A stretch of DNA of 64,000 nucleotides from Chloroflexota bacterium (lineage in GTDB: Bacteria; Chloroflexota; UBA11872; VXOZ01). Positions 29,759 to 39,706 of the stretch are shown here, piece by piece. Both the position numbers and the translations under genes were made by a program. How positions within the stretch are numbered: position 1 is the first letter of the stretch; the number at the start of each line of letters is the position of its first letter. The stretch spans positions 96,001 through 160,000 of the forward strand of contig CAXXVD010000001.1 in NCBI GenBank assembly GCA_963662335.2. Direction: 5' to 3'. The notes under the pieces are model-generated. The model worked only from the letters and a program-made list of their open reading frames with translations, did no database searches and was not told where the DNA came from.

Positions 29759-29860
29759 CCGTTCGTGCTGAACTTGTCGAAGCGTGAACGGCCGGAGCGT
29801 ACTTCGACAAGCTCAGTACGAACGGCTGGAGTGTACTTCGACAGGCTCAGTGCGAACGGC
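29759..29860. repeat. Family-C REP cluster
   Basis: CCGTTCGTGCTGAACTTGTCGAAG followed by two CTTCGACA(A/G)GCTCAGT(A/G)CGAACGG arms. Confidence 0.75.
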
Positions 29861-29894
29861 TGGAGCGCGCGGGCGGCAACCCTGCAACCATGCC

Positions 29895-32348
29895 CTATGG
29901 CGACCACGCCGGATCGGCGTCCAGGGCGGGATTGTCCGTGAGCCGCGTAATCTCCCCGTCGGCCAGGTTCAGCACGTAGAGCTCGTAGTTCAAGTGTCTG
30001 ATGCTGTAGAACGCCAGGCGTTCGCCGTCCGCCGACCAGGCTGGGGCAAAGTCGTCGGCCGGGTGGGTGGTAAGCCGGGTCAAGGCGCTGCCTTCGGCGT
30101 TGATGAGATAAATCTCCCAGTTGCCGGAGCGCTTGCTGGTGAAGGCGATTCTGCGCCCGTCCGGCGACCACGCCGGCGCCGTATCCGCGGCCCGGTCGCT
30201 GGTGAGCCGCGCGTGCCCGCTGCCGTCGGCATTCATCACGTAGAGGTCGAAGTTCCGCTCGCTGTCGCTGATGTAGGCAATCCGCAGCCCGTCGGGCGAC
30301 CAGGACGGCGACAAATCGCGCCCCCGGTCCGTCGTGAGCCGCGTCTGCCCGCTGCCGTCGGCGTTCATCACGTAGACGTCCACGTTATTCTCGCGCTCGC
30401 TGTAGAAAGCCACCTTGCGGCCGTCGGGCGACCAGCGGGGGGAAAAGTCGTCGCCGGGATCGTCAGTTAGTTGCGTCACGCCGCTGCCGTCGGCGTTCAT
30501 CACGTAGATGTCGAAGTTGCCGGCCCGGTTGCTGGCAAAGGCGAGGCGGCGGCCGTCGGGCGACCAATTGGGGGCAACGTCGTTCGCCGGGTTATCCGTC
30601 AACCGCGTCAAGCCGCCTCCATCCTCATTCATCACGTATATCTCCCAATTTTCGTCGCGCAGGCTGGCAAACGCGAGCCGCGCCGGCCGCTCGACGCCGC
30701 CGGAGACGACGACGAACCGCTTGGCGCCGCCATAGCCGCTATTGTCGAAGATGATGGGAATGGCAAAGTCCGCGTCGGCCACCTCCGCCACCACAATCTT
30801 GAAGAGCAGACCGAAGTTGCCAAACGGCAGCGGCGCCGGCCCGGCGGCCGTCCAGTAGCCCGCCTCATCCGGCGGGGAGAGTTCCCATTCGCCCAGCAAC
30901 CCGCCTTCGCTCTCCGGCGCCAGCGTAACCGTGGCCGGCTGCTCGATGGGAAGCGTAAAGCGGAAGTGGCGGATATTGCGCGGCACGTGCAGCGCGCGCA
31001 CGAACGTGGTCGCGGTCTGCTCCTCTACGTCGAGCGTCGGCGGATCGACCGCGATGCGCCCCTGCGTATCCGGGCTATAGACGTCGCCAAACGGCAGCGC
31101 CGCGCTGCTGAAGACGCCGGTGACGCCGTTCACCGTCGTCTCGATGCGCACCGCGTACGCGCCGTCGCGGCGCAGCGTGGTGTAGCTGAGTTTGTATTGA
31201 CCGGCAAAGTCATTCACCAGGGCCTCGAATTGCGCCTCGAGCTGCGCCAGCTCCGCAACCGCGTAGTATGCGCCGTTCGTGGCCGTTGCCAAAGCGCGCA
31301 ATTCCGGCTCCTGGTAGACGTCCCCCAGCCCGAGCGGGTAGAGTTGCACGCCGCGCTCCTGTGCTCGCTCGATAACGCCGGCGCGCGTGCGCAGGCTGCT
31401 GGTGTCGCGACCGTCCGAGAGAAAGACCAAGGCGCGGCTGACGTCGCCCGGTACATTCTCCTCTACCGGGAACACGTCCAGCCCGCGCGCCACGGCGTCC
31501 CACAGGCGGCTGGAACCGGAATCGAAGCCGGATGCGGCAAACCGCGCAACCTCCGCCCGCACAGACTCCCGATCCGTGGTGGGAAACGCGAGAATCACCG
31601 GCTCCACGCTCCGATCGTGAAACGCCACGACCCCCACGCGATGGGCGGCCGGCAAGCGGTCGAGCGCGTTTGCAAGCGCGCGGCGCATGAGGACGCTGCC
31701 GGTCGTGCCGTCCGGCAACCGCCAGGTGGTCATGCTGCGCGTGAAGTCCAGGACGAACACCACTTCCAACGCAAACCGCGCCGCGGAATGCACGAAGAAG
31801 TTAGTCTCCGTGTAGTCGATTTCCTCCCAATCCGCCGCGCCGTCGCCGCGCTCGAAGATGCGCGTCGCGTCTTGCAGTTCCGCCGCCGGCAGAATCACGG
31901 GTTCGCCGTCCTGGTCGCGGAGGGAAAAGACCGCCTGCACCTGGCTGGGCTCGTTGAGCAACACGCGCACGCCCGCAAAGTTCAGCGCACTAATCTCGGC
32001 CGTTGCGGGTGTCGCCCCGGGCGTGGGAGACACCGAGGGTGAAGACGTCGGAGTCGGCTCGGGCCGCGGCATTGGCGTCGGCGTCCGTACCGGCATGGCG
32101 GCGGGACTCGGCGTCGGCTCAGGCGTAGGCGTGACCGCTGGCGCGGTAGGCGCCGCCGTGGCCGCGGCCGTTGGCGTCGGCGCAATCGCGGTAGCAGTTT
32201 GCGTCACTTGCGGGGAAGGCGACGGCGCCGCGCGCGTTGCCTCCGGCCGGGATTCCGGCTCATCGTCACCACAAGCGGCCAGCAGCAAGCAGAGACAGCC
32301 GAGCAAAGCGGCGATGACGCAGCGCATAGTCTTTACAGTAAGTGCCAT
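29895..32348 (-). CDS. Lipoprotein with Pro/Thr linker, VWA domain and six TolB-like PD40 repeats
   Basis: LLAAC lipobox; VFVLDFTRSM and FLSDGRD (MIDAS-like); six P.WSP repeats. Confidence 0.8.
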   Translation of the reverse strand: MALTVKTMRCVIAALLGCLCLLLAACGDDEPESRPEATRAAPSPSPQVTQTATAIAPTPTAAATAAPTAPAVTPTPEPTPSPAAMPVRTPTPMPRPEPTPTSSPSVSPTPGATPATAEISALNFAGVRVLLNEPSQVQAVFSLRDQDGEPVILPAAELQDATRIFERGDGAADWEEIDYTETNFFVHSAARFALEVVFVLDFTRSMTTWRLPDGTTGSVLMRRALANALDRLPAAHRVGVVAFHDRSVEPVILAFPTTDRESVRAEVARFAASGFDSGSSRLWDAVARGLDVFPVEENVPGDVSRALVFLSDGRDTSSLRTRAGVIERAQERGVQLYPLGLGDVYQEPELRALATATNGAYYAVAELAQLEAQFEALVNDFAGQYKLSYTTLRRDGAYAVRIETTVNGVTGVFSSAALPFGDVYSPDTQGRIAVDPPTLDVEEQTATTFVRALHVPRNIRHFRFTLPIEQPATVTLAPESEGGLLGEWELSPPDEAGYWTAAGPAPLPFGNFGLLFKIVVAEVADADFAIPIIFDNSGYGGAKRFVVVSGGVERPARLAFASLRDENWEIYVMNEDGGGLTRLTDNPANDVAPNWSPDGRRLAFASNRAGNFDIYVMNADGSGVTQLTDDPGDDFSPRWSPDGRKVAFYSERENNVDVYVMNADGSGQTRLTTDRGRDLSPSWSPDGLRIAYISDSERNFDLYVMNADGSGHARLTSDRAADTAPAWSPDGRRIAFTSKRSGNWEIYLINAEGSALTRLTTHPADDFAPAWSADGERLAFYSIRHLNYELYVLNLADGEITRLTDNPALDADPAWSP

Positions 32349-32453
32349 CCCGCCTAAGCCCATCGTCCACGCCGTCACATGCTGTTGGCGTATAATGAAG
32401 CAACGCAATCGCCGTACGCCGAGGGTTCTGCACACAGTATTTGCCGATCGTCC

Positions 32454-33677
32454 ATGTTTCGTCAAACCCGACACTCCCCGAGGAACACCGCGCTTTGGCT
32501 GCGCGCGCTGAGCACCGTCTTCTGTTCCGCGCTCGCGCTGCTCACGCTCGCTCTCCCCGCAGTGAAAGCGGCCGCCGCGCCGCAAGCGCAGAGCGCTGCT
32601 GAAGTCACGCGCGCGAGCATCATCACCACGCTTGCGGGCAACGGCATCGCCAGCGGCGGCGCCTTCGACGAAGTCGGCGGCGATGGCGGGCCGGCTGCGC
32701 AGGCCACGCTCAACCTGCCGGCCAGCGTTGCCGTCGACGCCGCCGGCAACGTGTACGTCGCGGATTCGGCCAACCACCGGATTCGCCGGGTCGCGCCGGA
32801 CGGCGTCATCACCACGGTTGCTGGCACCGGCGAGGCCGGAGACGACGGGGACGGCGGTCCGGCCCGTGACGCCCGCCTGCGCCGGCCGTTGGGCGTAGCC
32901 GTGGGCGCGGACGGCACGCTGTTCGTGGCCGATACCTATAACCACCGCATACGCATGGTGACCGCCGACAGCACAATCACCACGATAGCAGGCACGGGGG
33001 AGCCCGGTTTCGGCGGTGACGGCGGCCCCGGCGCGGCGGCTATGCTCGCCTATCCCACCGGCATTGCGTTAGCAGCCGACGGCGCGCTCTACATCGCCGA
33101 CACGGGCAACCACCGGGTGCGCAGGCTGGCAACCGACGGCGCCATTACGACCGTTGCGGGCACGGGCGCGGCCGGCTTCAACGGCGACGGCGGGCCGGCG
33201 GCGCTCGCTCGCCTGAACAGTCCCCGCGGCGTGGCCGTCGCGACCGACGGCACACTGTACATTGTCGATCGGGAGAATAGGCGTGTACGCATGGTGGACA
33301 CGGACGGCCTCATCACGACGGTCGCGGGCAACGGCAGTTCCGGCTTCAACGGCGATCGCGGCGATGCCACCCAAGCCACGCTCCGCGCCCCCTACGGCGT
33401 TGCCGTAGATAGCCAGGGCAACCTCTACGTTGCCGACACGTTCAACCACCGCGTCCGCAAAGTTACGCCCGACGGCGGCATCCGCACGGTGGCCGGCAGC
33501 GAGCGGTTCGGCTTCAGCGGCGACGGCTGGCCCGCGGGCCAAGCCGCCCTCCACTATCCCCTCGGCGTAGCGGTGGACATCGCCGGCAATCTCTACATTG
33601 CCGATGCCTTCAACCACCGCATCCGCAAGGTCTGGGCCAGCGCGGATACCGAACCGACGCCTAATCTCTTCTTCTAA
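32454..33677 (+). CDS. Secreted NHL-repeat beta-propeller protein
   Basis: Signal peptide and six repeats of TTVAG.G..G..GDGG.A..A.L..P.GVAV...G.LYVAD..NHR.R. Confidence 0.88.
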   Translation: MFRQTRHSPRNTALWLRALSTVFCSALALLTLALPAVKAAAAPQAQSAAEVTRASIITTLAGNGIASGGAFDEVGGDGGPAAQATLNLPASVAVDAAGNVYVADSANHRIRRVAPDGVITTVAGTGEAGDDGDGGPARDARLRRPLGVAVGADGTLFVADTYNHRIRMVTADSTITTIAGTGEPGFGGDGGPGAAAMLAYPTGIALAADGALYIADTGNHRVRRLATDGAITTVAGTGAAGFNGDGGPAALARLNSPRGVAVATDGTLYIVDRENRRVRMVDTDGLITTVAGNGSSGFNGDRGDATQATLRAPYGVAVDSQGNLYVADTFNHRVRKVTPDGGIRTVAGSERFGFSGDGWPAGQAALHYPLGVAVDIAGNLYIADAFNHRIRKVWASADTEPTPNLFF

Positions 33678-33831
33678 CTGCGCCGCGCCCTCGACATGCT
33701 CTCAATGCGATTACCGACGGCACGGCGGGCCGCCGCATTACGGCCTTACTCGCTCTTCATTGCTGCGTCAAGCAGCAGGGTTGCGGTTCTTGATAAAATG
33801 AATGAACAGAAAATAGGTGAGGGAGGGTGCG

Positions 33832-34212
33832 ATGGCAATCAACGGGCGAGAAGCAGCCGTTGAGCGGTACCTGCAAACCAGCCGCCGCTTCATCGAACAA
33901 GCGGAGACTGAATTCGCAAAAGGCGACATGCGGCAGGCATCCGAAAAGGCCTGGGGCGCCGCCGCGCAAGCCGTGAAAGCCGCGGCCGAGCACAGGGGTT
34001 GGCAGCACAGCACACACGCGCGGCTCTTTGAGAACGTAAAGCTGTTCTCCCAGGAAACCGGCGACGCCGAGTTACACGACCTCTTCCACGTAGCGAATTC
34101 CCTGCGCCAAAACTTCTACGAGGGCTGGCAACCAGACACGTTCGTGCAAACGGGTATCAGTCGGGTGAAGATTCTCGTTGACAGACTCGCCGCGCTGGTC
34201 ATCCGAGAATAA
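33832..34212 (+). CDS. PaREP1 / HEPN-fold family protein
   Basis: GDMRQASEKAWGAAAQAVKA and ANSL.QNFYEG. Confidence 0.75.
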   Translation: MAINGREAAVERYLQTSRRFIEQAETEFAKGDMRQASEKAWGAAAQAVKAAAEHRGWQHSTHARLFENVKLFSQETGDAELHDLFHVANSLRQNFYEGWQPDTFVQTGISRVKILVDRLAALVIRE

Positions 34213-34451
34213 TGACACCTTGCTTCCAGCGAACGTAGCGGCCCGGTGTCATTGCAGTGACCGGCAATGGTCCGTGGCGTTGCCGCTCATCAACGTGTGA
34301 AGCCAGCGCAGGGTTCGCGCGGGACGTGCGCGCAACCTGTGTTTGCGGTAGGGAGTCAGTCCCCTGCACACCCGTTTCTCTTAGCGCCGGTTCTGCGGCA
34401 CACACCGGATTTCCGGCTGCGCTCGCAGTGACAGAGCTTGGTAGTGCCGGC

Positions 34452-34493
34452 CTGGACGCTCGCGCTTGGAGCGAGCGTCCGGTTCTTCATTTT
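34452..34493 (+). terminator. Intrinsic terminator between convergent genes
   Basis: Perfect 10-bp stem GGACGCTCGC/GCGAGCGTCC followed by GGTTCTTCATTTT. Confidence 0.6.
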
Positions 34494-34511
34494 GCGCTTA
34501 CGGCGTTACGC

Positions 34512-35429
34512 CTATGCGCCGACCAATTCCCGCAGGCCGATCTTGGCCACTGCCGCGTGCACGGCGGCTTTGTCGTCCGGCGTTAGCTCGGCCAGCGGCG
34601 GGCGCACCGGGCCGCCGGCCAGGCCGATGGCCATCATCACCTCTTTCATCACCGTGACCTCGTAGCCGCGCACCTTGTAGCGGATGTCGTAGATCGGCAG
34701 GGTCTCGCGTTCGATCTTGGCCTGGAGTTCGCTGAAGCGTCCCGCTTGCGCCAGTTCCAAAGCCTCGATCGCCGACCTGGGGTTGTAGTTGGCGTTGCTG
34801 GAGGTATAGCCCTCGGCGCCGGCCGCAAAATAGGCGTGCACCATGTCGTCGCCCACGCCCGCCAGCCAGAGCAGCTTATCGCCCACGTAGGAGCGGATGC
34901 GCTGGAACATGCGCACGTCGCCCTGGCCGTCTTTGAAGGCCACGAGGTTGGGAATATCCGCCAGGCGGTCGACCAATTCCGGGCTGAGCTTGGCGTGGTC
35001 GCGGGCGTAGGGGAAGACGCCGAGATTGGTGGAGTCGGCAATGGACTGGTAGTAGCGGTAGAAGCCCTCGTCGCTGGCTTCGCCGTAGTGCGGCGGCATG
35101 ATCAACAAGCCGTCCACGCCGGCGCTTTCGGCAAACGCCGCCATTTCCCCGGCCACGGCCGGATTGACGCCCACGCCCGCCAGCATCAGGCAGCGGCCGT
35201 CCGCCGCCTCGGCCGTGGCGGCAACGACCGCCTGCCACTCGGTGAACGTCAACGAAAAGAATTCGCCCGTGCCGCCGGCCGCCAGCACGGCCGGGGAACC
35301 CTCGCGCGCCAGGAAATCGACGTTGCGGCGCAGGCCGTCCAGGTCGAGCGAATAGTCATCGTGGAACGGGGTTACGGGAAAGGGGATTACGGTGCGCAGT
35401 TGTTCGCGCAGTTCCGCCGGACTCATCAC
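34512..35429 (-). CDS. DHDPS-family lyase, 5-dehydro-4-deoxyglucarate dehydratase-like
   Basis: PFPVTPF, AAGGTGEFFSL, AFKDGQGD, AGPVRPP-like C-terminus. Confidence 0.78.
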   Translation of the reverse strand: MMSPAELREQLRTVIPFPVTPFHDDYSLDLDGLRRNVDFLAREGSPAVLAAGGTGEFFSLTFTEWQAVVAATAEAADGRCLMLAGVGVNPAVAGEMAAFAESAGVDGLLIMPPHYGEASDEGFYRYYQSIADSTNLGVFPYARDHAKLSPELVDRLADIPNLVAFKDGQGDVRMFQRIRSYVGDKLLWLAGVGDDMVHAYFAAGAEGYTSSNANYNPRSAIEALELAQAGRFSELQAKIERETLPIYDIRYKVRGYEVTVMKEVMMAIGLAGGPVRPPLAELTPDDKAAVHAAVAKIGLRELVGA

Positions 35430-35734
35430 GGGTTCAAGTCTCCTTGCTCATGCGTAGCGAGCGTTTCAATGCCGCCGCCGTCGTAAAGTACACCAAGACC
35501 TATCGTACCAATGCGCGCGGGCAAATTCCACCAACGCCGGCCCCCGGGAGGGGCTGACATGTCGTGCCCCTACCGGGGACGCGGGGAGACGTGTCGCGTC
35601 CCTAGGCCGGTGGCGTGTTCGGTTACCACGGGAACGGCGCGGCGGCGTTGCTCTCTGACAGACTCGCGGCTCAGCGCATATAATGGGGAGAAGGCACTAA
35701 TTCAGGAATTCCGCAGGAAAGAGAGGGTCTAGGC

Positions 35735-36457
35735 ATGAAGAAATTACTTGCGCTCGCGCTCATACTCGCCCTAATGCTCGGCCTCGCGGCGTGCGGCGGC
35801 GACGAACCGGCGGAGGCGGAACCGACGGCGGCGCCGGCGGCAACGGCAGCGCCCGCGGCGACGGCGGAACCGGCGCCAACCGCGGCCCCGGCCCAAGAGG
35901 GCAGCGACACCGCCGCCAAGACGGTCTTCAACATCGATGCGTCGCGCTCCACCGCCCGCTATCTGATCAACGAGCGGCTCGCCAACGTGGCCTCGCCCGT
36001 TGACGCCATCGGCGAGACGTCGGACGTCTCCGGCGCGATCGTGCTGGACGCCGACGGCAAGGTGGTGAGCGGGGAATCGCAGATCGTGGTCGGCTTGGCC
36101 GGTCTCAAGAGCGATTCCGACCGGCGCGACGGCTACGTGCGCCGCAACACCCTGCAAACCGACCAGTATCCCACCGCCACGTTCGCGGTGAAGGCGATCG
36201 AGGGCCTGCCCTGGCCGCTGCCGGCGTCGGGCGAGGTGACGGTGCAAATGGTGGGCGACCTGACGGTCAAGGACCAGACGCGGGAGGTGACGTGGGAAAC
36301 CGTCATCCAGGCCGGCGCGGACGAGGCGGCGGGCAGCGCCAAGACGGTGATTACCTTTGAGCAGTTTGCCCTGGAGAAACCGCGCGTGGCGATTGTGCTC
36401 AGCGTGGTGGACGAAATCCGGCTGGAGCTTGACTTTACCGTCGTGCGGGAGGAATAA
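35735..36457 (+). CDS. YceI-family lipoprotein
   Basis: LAAC lipobox; ID...S.ARY, RD..VR...L.T..YP.ATF, GDLTVKDQTREV. Confidence 0.8.
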   Translation: MKKLLALALILALMLGLAACGGDEPAEAEPTAAPAATAAPAATAEPAPTAAPAQEGSDTAAKTVFNIDASRSTARYLINERLANVASPVDAIGETSDVSGAIVLDADGKVVSGESQIVVGLAGLKSDSDRRDGYVRRNTLQTDQYPTATFAVKAIEGLPWPLPASGEVTVQMVGDLTVKDQTREVTWETVIQAGADEAAGSAKTVITFEQFALEKPRVAIVLSVVDEIRLELDFTVVREE

Positions 36458-36818
36458 CAGCCTGCAAAAGACCGAACTGAACGATCACGATCTGACTTCA
36501 GATTCTTTTGCGGTTCACTTCAGTTGCCTTAGAAGTGGCTGCTCAATTCCTGAAGAACCGGCCGGACGATGCCCTGTGGGGCCAACCGCCCAATGAAGAA
36601 ACGGCCCTGTTCGGGCTACCTGGGCATGGGAAAGTCGTGGTCGACGTGCGAGCGGAACAAGCCCACTTGCGTAAAAGGCACCCCTTTACCGTCAGTGAGC
36701 GGTAGAGTCTTGGCCTTCTTCCAATAGCCTATACCCATGCTAACCAACAGGGTTGACACTACTGCTTACCCTGAGGGAGTATGGTACCTATGAGGACTCT
36801 ATAGAGAAGGAGACTATC

Positions 36819-37091
36819 GTGAACGAAGTGATGGCGAAACTGCATCCGCCTGAAGTCATTGATGAACTGAGGAAGAACGCGGCGGCATACCGTGCCGTCA
36901 TGACTGAGATGGAGGCGGAGCACTGGGGAAAGATTATCCTACTCCATGACGGTGAGGTCAGTGCCATCTATAACAATATGGAGGATGCCTACTCAATTGG
37001 CTGCGAGAAGTACGGTGAGGGCCATTTTAGTCTGTATCAAGTCGGGCAACAACCAGTAGGCTTCGGGTTCCAGGCATATGCCCTCCTTTGA
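36819..37091 (+). CDS. Small DUF5678-like protein
   Basis: N.AAY......L/M..EH.GK.IL.HDGEV...Y....DA pattern; overlaps the start of the protease gene. Confidence 0.5.
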   Translation: MNEVMAKLHPPEVIDELRKNAAAYRAVMTEMEAEHWGKIILLHDGEVSAIYNNMEDAYSIGCEKYGEGHFSLYQVGQQPVGFGFQAYALL

Positions 37092-37503
37092 ACAGGCGAT
37101 CACTGACAACCGCATCATTGTCATCGTTGATGTGAGCCGCGCCGCGGGCGAACAGGGCTTTTCCTTCAAGGCGTTACTGGATACCGGCGCAACGATTACT
37201 GGAATCTCACCCAAAGTCGTAGAGGCATTGCAACTCACCCCACTGGGTACCATCAGTCTTTCGGTTGCATCAGGAGAAACTATTGAATCAGCACGCTACC
37301 ACGCAAGGGTTGATATCCCCATAGGGGTTGCTGTTGCTTCGCAACCTGATGAACAGTGACAGGAGCGATTCCTAATGGGTAGAGACCTCTTTGTTACAGG
37401 ACTGCCCTATCAACCAGATGAATACGATGTAATTCTCGGCATGGACTTCATCGATGCATTCCACATTACCATCTATAGAAACCGAATCATCCTGAGCAAC
37501 TAA
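37078..37503 (+). pseudogene. Retropepsin-like aspartyl protease interrupted by an in-frame TGA (37357-37359)
   Basis: ALLDTGAT before the stop; the frame continues QERFLMGRDL...YDVILGMDFIDAFHITIYRNRIILSN to TAA 37503. Confidence 0.65.
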
Positions 37504-37506
37504 GGT

Positions 37507-37900
37507 ATGCTCTTCATCTATCTTGAGCTTCTACGGCGTGTAAGTGACATCAAGGTCGTTGTCTTCACTCATGATGTACCCGAGTGCCTTACAGCCGGAG
37601 AAAACGAAGCCGTTGTTCTTGTTGAGGCCCAGGACCCGCTTGCGGAGGCAATTGAGGGACGGATCGATGACAATGAGCCGATTTTGAAGCCGAGTGCCCG
37701 GCGCAATGGCGATTTGCTTGTTCCGGTACCTACCGAAGTGGCCCCATGAGCTGCGCCTGCTATTGAGTGCCGTCGGAGTGAGTCGTTTCTGACCAGGCGC
37801 GCGAAAATCCCAGATGTAGATCAAGAAACGGTCAGCCAAATGCTCAATACACGACACGCCAAGGAATCAGCGAATATTGACCGACCGTTCATTCTTGGTA
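37507..37900 (+). pseudogene. Degenerate HicB-like antitoxin with HTH tail
   Basis: VVFT.DVPECLTAG....EA...AQD.L.EAI......EPI..PS, then a stop at 37749 and HTH-like DVDQETVSQMLNTRH. Confidence 0.45.
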
Positions 37901-38000
37901 GCGAACTCGTTCTCAAGGCACCCTCGCTCGCCCCTGTCAACGCGGATTGAGAGCGTAGATCTCGATTTTCACGAATAGGACTTGCTAGGGAACACTATTC

Positions 38001-38897
38001 CTACAGTCCCAGCACCCGCTCGGCGTTGCCCTGCGTGATCGCGTGGTATTTCTCGTCCGAGTCGCAGTATTCCTTGAGCAGGGGCAGACTCTGCGAGGCG
38101 AAACACGGGCGCGGGCCCATGCCTTCCCAGTTGCCCTTGCCGTCCAGGCAGTGGCAGTCGGTGGCCCAGAGCAGTTGCTTCCAGTGGCGGTTGACGAATT
38201 CCGCGCCGAATTCCGGGTCGCGGGAAATGGCGTTGAGGCCCGAACCGGCGGAGAGGTCGCCGTAGAGGTTCGGGTACTTGGAGAGCCATTGGTCGCTCAG
38301 GCCGCCGCGCACTACCGGCCCCGGCGGATAGCTGGTGTAGTCCGCGGCCTTCCAGTCCCGGGGCACCTCGGCGCTCACGTTCGCCCACCACGCCTGGGCG
38401 TGCGCCACGAAGATCGTATCGGGAAAGGCCTCCAGCACCTGGTCGAACTGCTCGAAGTTGTAGTTGTAGTTGCGGTACTCGAAGTGCAGCAGCACCACCC
38501 AACCCAGCTTGCCGCAGAGTTCGTAGATGTCCATGCTGTCCGGGTGGTCAACCGGCAGCCGCACCTTGTGCTCGCCAAAGCCCATGCAGCCCGCTTCGTG
38601 GTAGCGGCGGATTTCGTTGAGCACGTCCGGGTGCAGGGGGTCAACGTGGCAGAAGGGAATCACCACGTCGGGAAAGCGGTCGTAGGCTTGCAGCGCCAGG
38701 TCGGTGCGCATGGCCGACTGGCGCTGGCCCCACTTTTCTTTCGCCATGGCCGTGCTGTTGCCCTGGTCGATGGGCAGCACCACCGCCTTGCCTCCGCCGT
38801 GGGCATCGATGTGCGCCACGATGTGCTCGCCAATGCGGGGATTGCCGCAGTCGTATTCAGTGGGCACCATCACGTGCTGATGAAAGTCAATCGGCAT
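38001..38897 (-). CDS. Amidohydrolase family protein (Amidohydro_2)
   Basis: IDFHQH, GFGEHK, VLLH, FVAHA, YPNLYGDLSA, LWATD. Confidence 0.82.
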   Translation of the reverse strand: MPIDFHQHVMVPTEYDCGNPRIGEHIVAHIDAHGGGKAVVLPIDQGNSTAMAKEKWGQRQSAMRTDLALQAYDRFPDVVIPFCHVDPLHPDVLNEIRRYHEAGCMGFGEHKVRLPVDHPDSMDIYELCGKLGWVVLLHFEYRNYNYNFEQFDQVLEAFPDTIFVAHAQAWWANVSAEVPRDWKAADYTSYPPGPVVRGGLSDQWLSKYPNLYGDLSAGSGLNAISRDPEFGAEFVNRHWKQLLWATDCHCLDGKGNWEGMGPRPCFASQSLPLLKEYCDSDEKYHAITQGNAERVLGL

Positions 38898-39162
38898 AGC
38901 TTTCTCATCCCTCTCTTACTGCAACAAATCAGCCTCGCGCGTAGAACGAGCGTGTGTCTCGACGAAGCGGCATACTGCAGTATAGTATCGGCATTCTGGA
39001 GTTCACACAAGCGCGGCACGAGCACATCGCGCATCTTCTGCCAGCGCCGCGAGGCAATGTCAGAGCATCCAACGTGCAGGCGCTCGATAGAGATTGTAAC
39101 CAGGCTCCAAGACCAAGAAATCCACGCTCTCCAAGTTTATTAAAGAATATCTTTTAAATCCC

Positions 39163-39192
39163 TTGCCCTTTTCTAGAACGTATTGGTATACT
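39163..39192 (+). promoter_or_regulatory. Sigma70-type promoter in an AT-rich patch
   Basis: TTGCCC-N18-TATACT with extended TG and AT-rich upstream sequence. Confidence 0.5.
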
Positions 39193-39305
39193 TAAACTCA
39201 GATATTCGATAAACAGCAGCTACCGTGTGCGGAGGCGTCGGCGGCGAGGTTCTTGCGGCGCTGAGCCGTTCGCAGCGCAACCGGTAGCGCCCACAGGAAG
39301 GAGTT

Positions 39306-39527
39306 ATGGGAATGGAGAACACACACGAGAAAGGCAACGGCAACGGCCAGCAGAACCAGGCGCAGCAGCCGTTTTGCCGCATCACGATCGAGGTGCGCGG
39401 TTCGCCGGGCGAGGCGGTCGGCGGCCTGCAGGAAAAACTGCGCCAAGGGGCGAACGACGCCCTGGACTTCATCCGCCGTTACGTGGACATTCGCATCGAG
39501 GCCCGCGCGAAGGACAGTCCCGGCTAG
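39306..39527 (+). CDS. Small hypothetical protein
   Basis: AAGGAG RBS, upstream promoter, GC3-rich codon usage. Confidence 0.55.
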   Translation: MGMENTHEKGNGNGQQNQAQQPFCRITIEVRGSPGEAVGGLQEKLRQGANDALDFIRRYVDIRIEARAKDSPG

Positions 39528-39640
39528 GCCGAGCGCATTGCTATTGAGTAGTCGCGCGCTCTAAGCAAACCGCGCGGCCTTGGGACCATCTCTGACATGC
39601 GTGGGAGCGCGGCGCGCCTGCGCAGCCTTCCTCAAAAGGT

Positions 39641-39668
39641 GTAGGGGCACGGCATGCCGTGCCCCTAC
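39641..39668. repeat. Perfect GTAG palindrome, family D (GTAGGGGCACGGCATGCCGTGCCCCTAC); relatives at about 15213, 35550 and 54596
   Basis: Self-complementary 28-mer. Confidence 0.75.
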
Positions 39669-39706
39669 ACCTTTTCAATAGGCGCAATCCGCACCTCGCC
39701 GCACGC

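Noticed and set aside
37357-37359. Third selenocysteine codon
   Set aside because: Not at a Cys or redox position and no matching hairpin; a nonsense mutation is more parsimonious.
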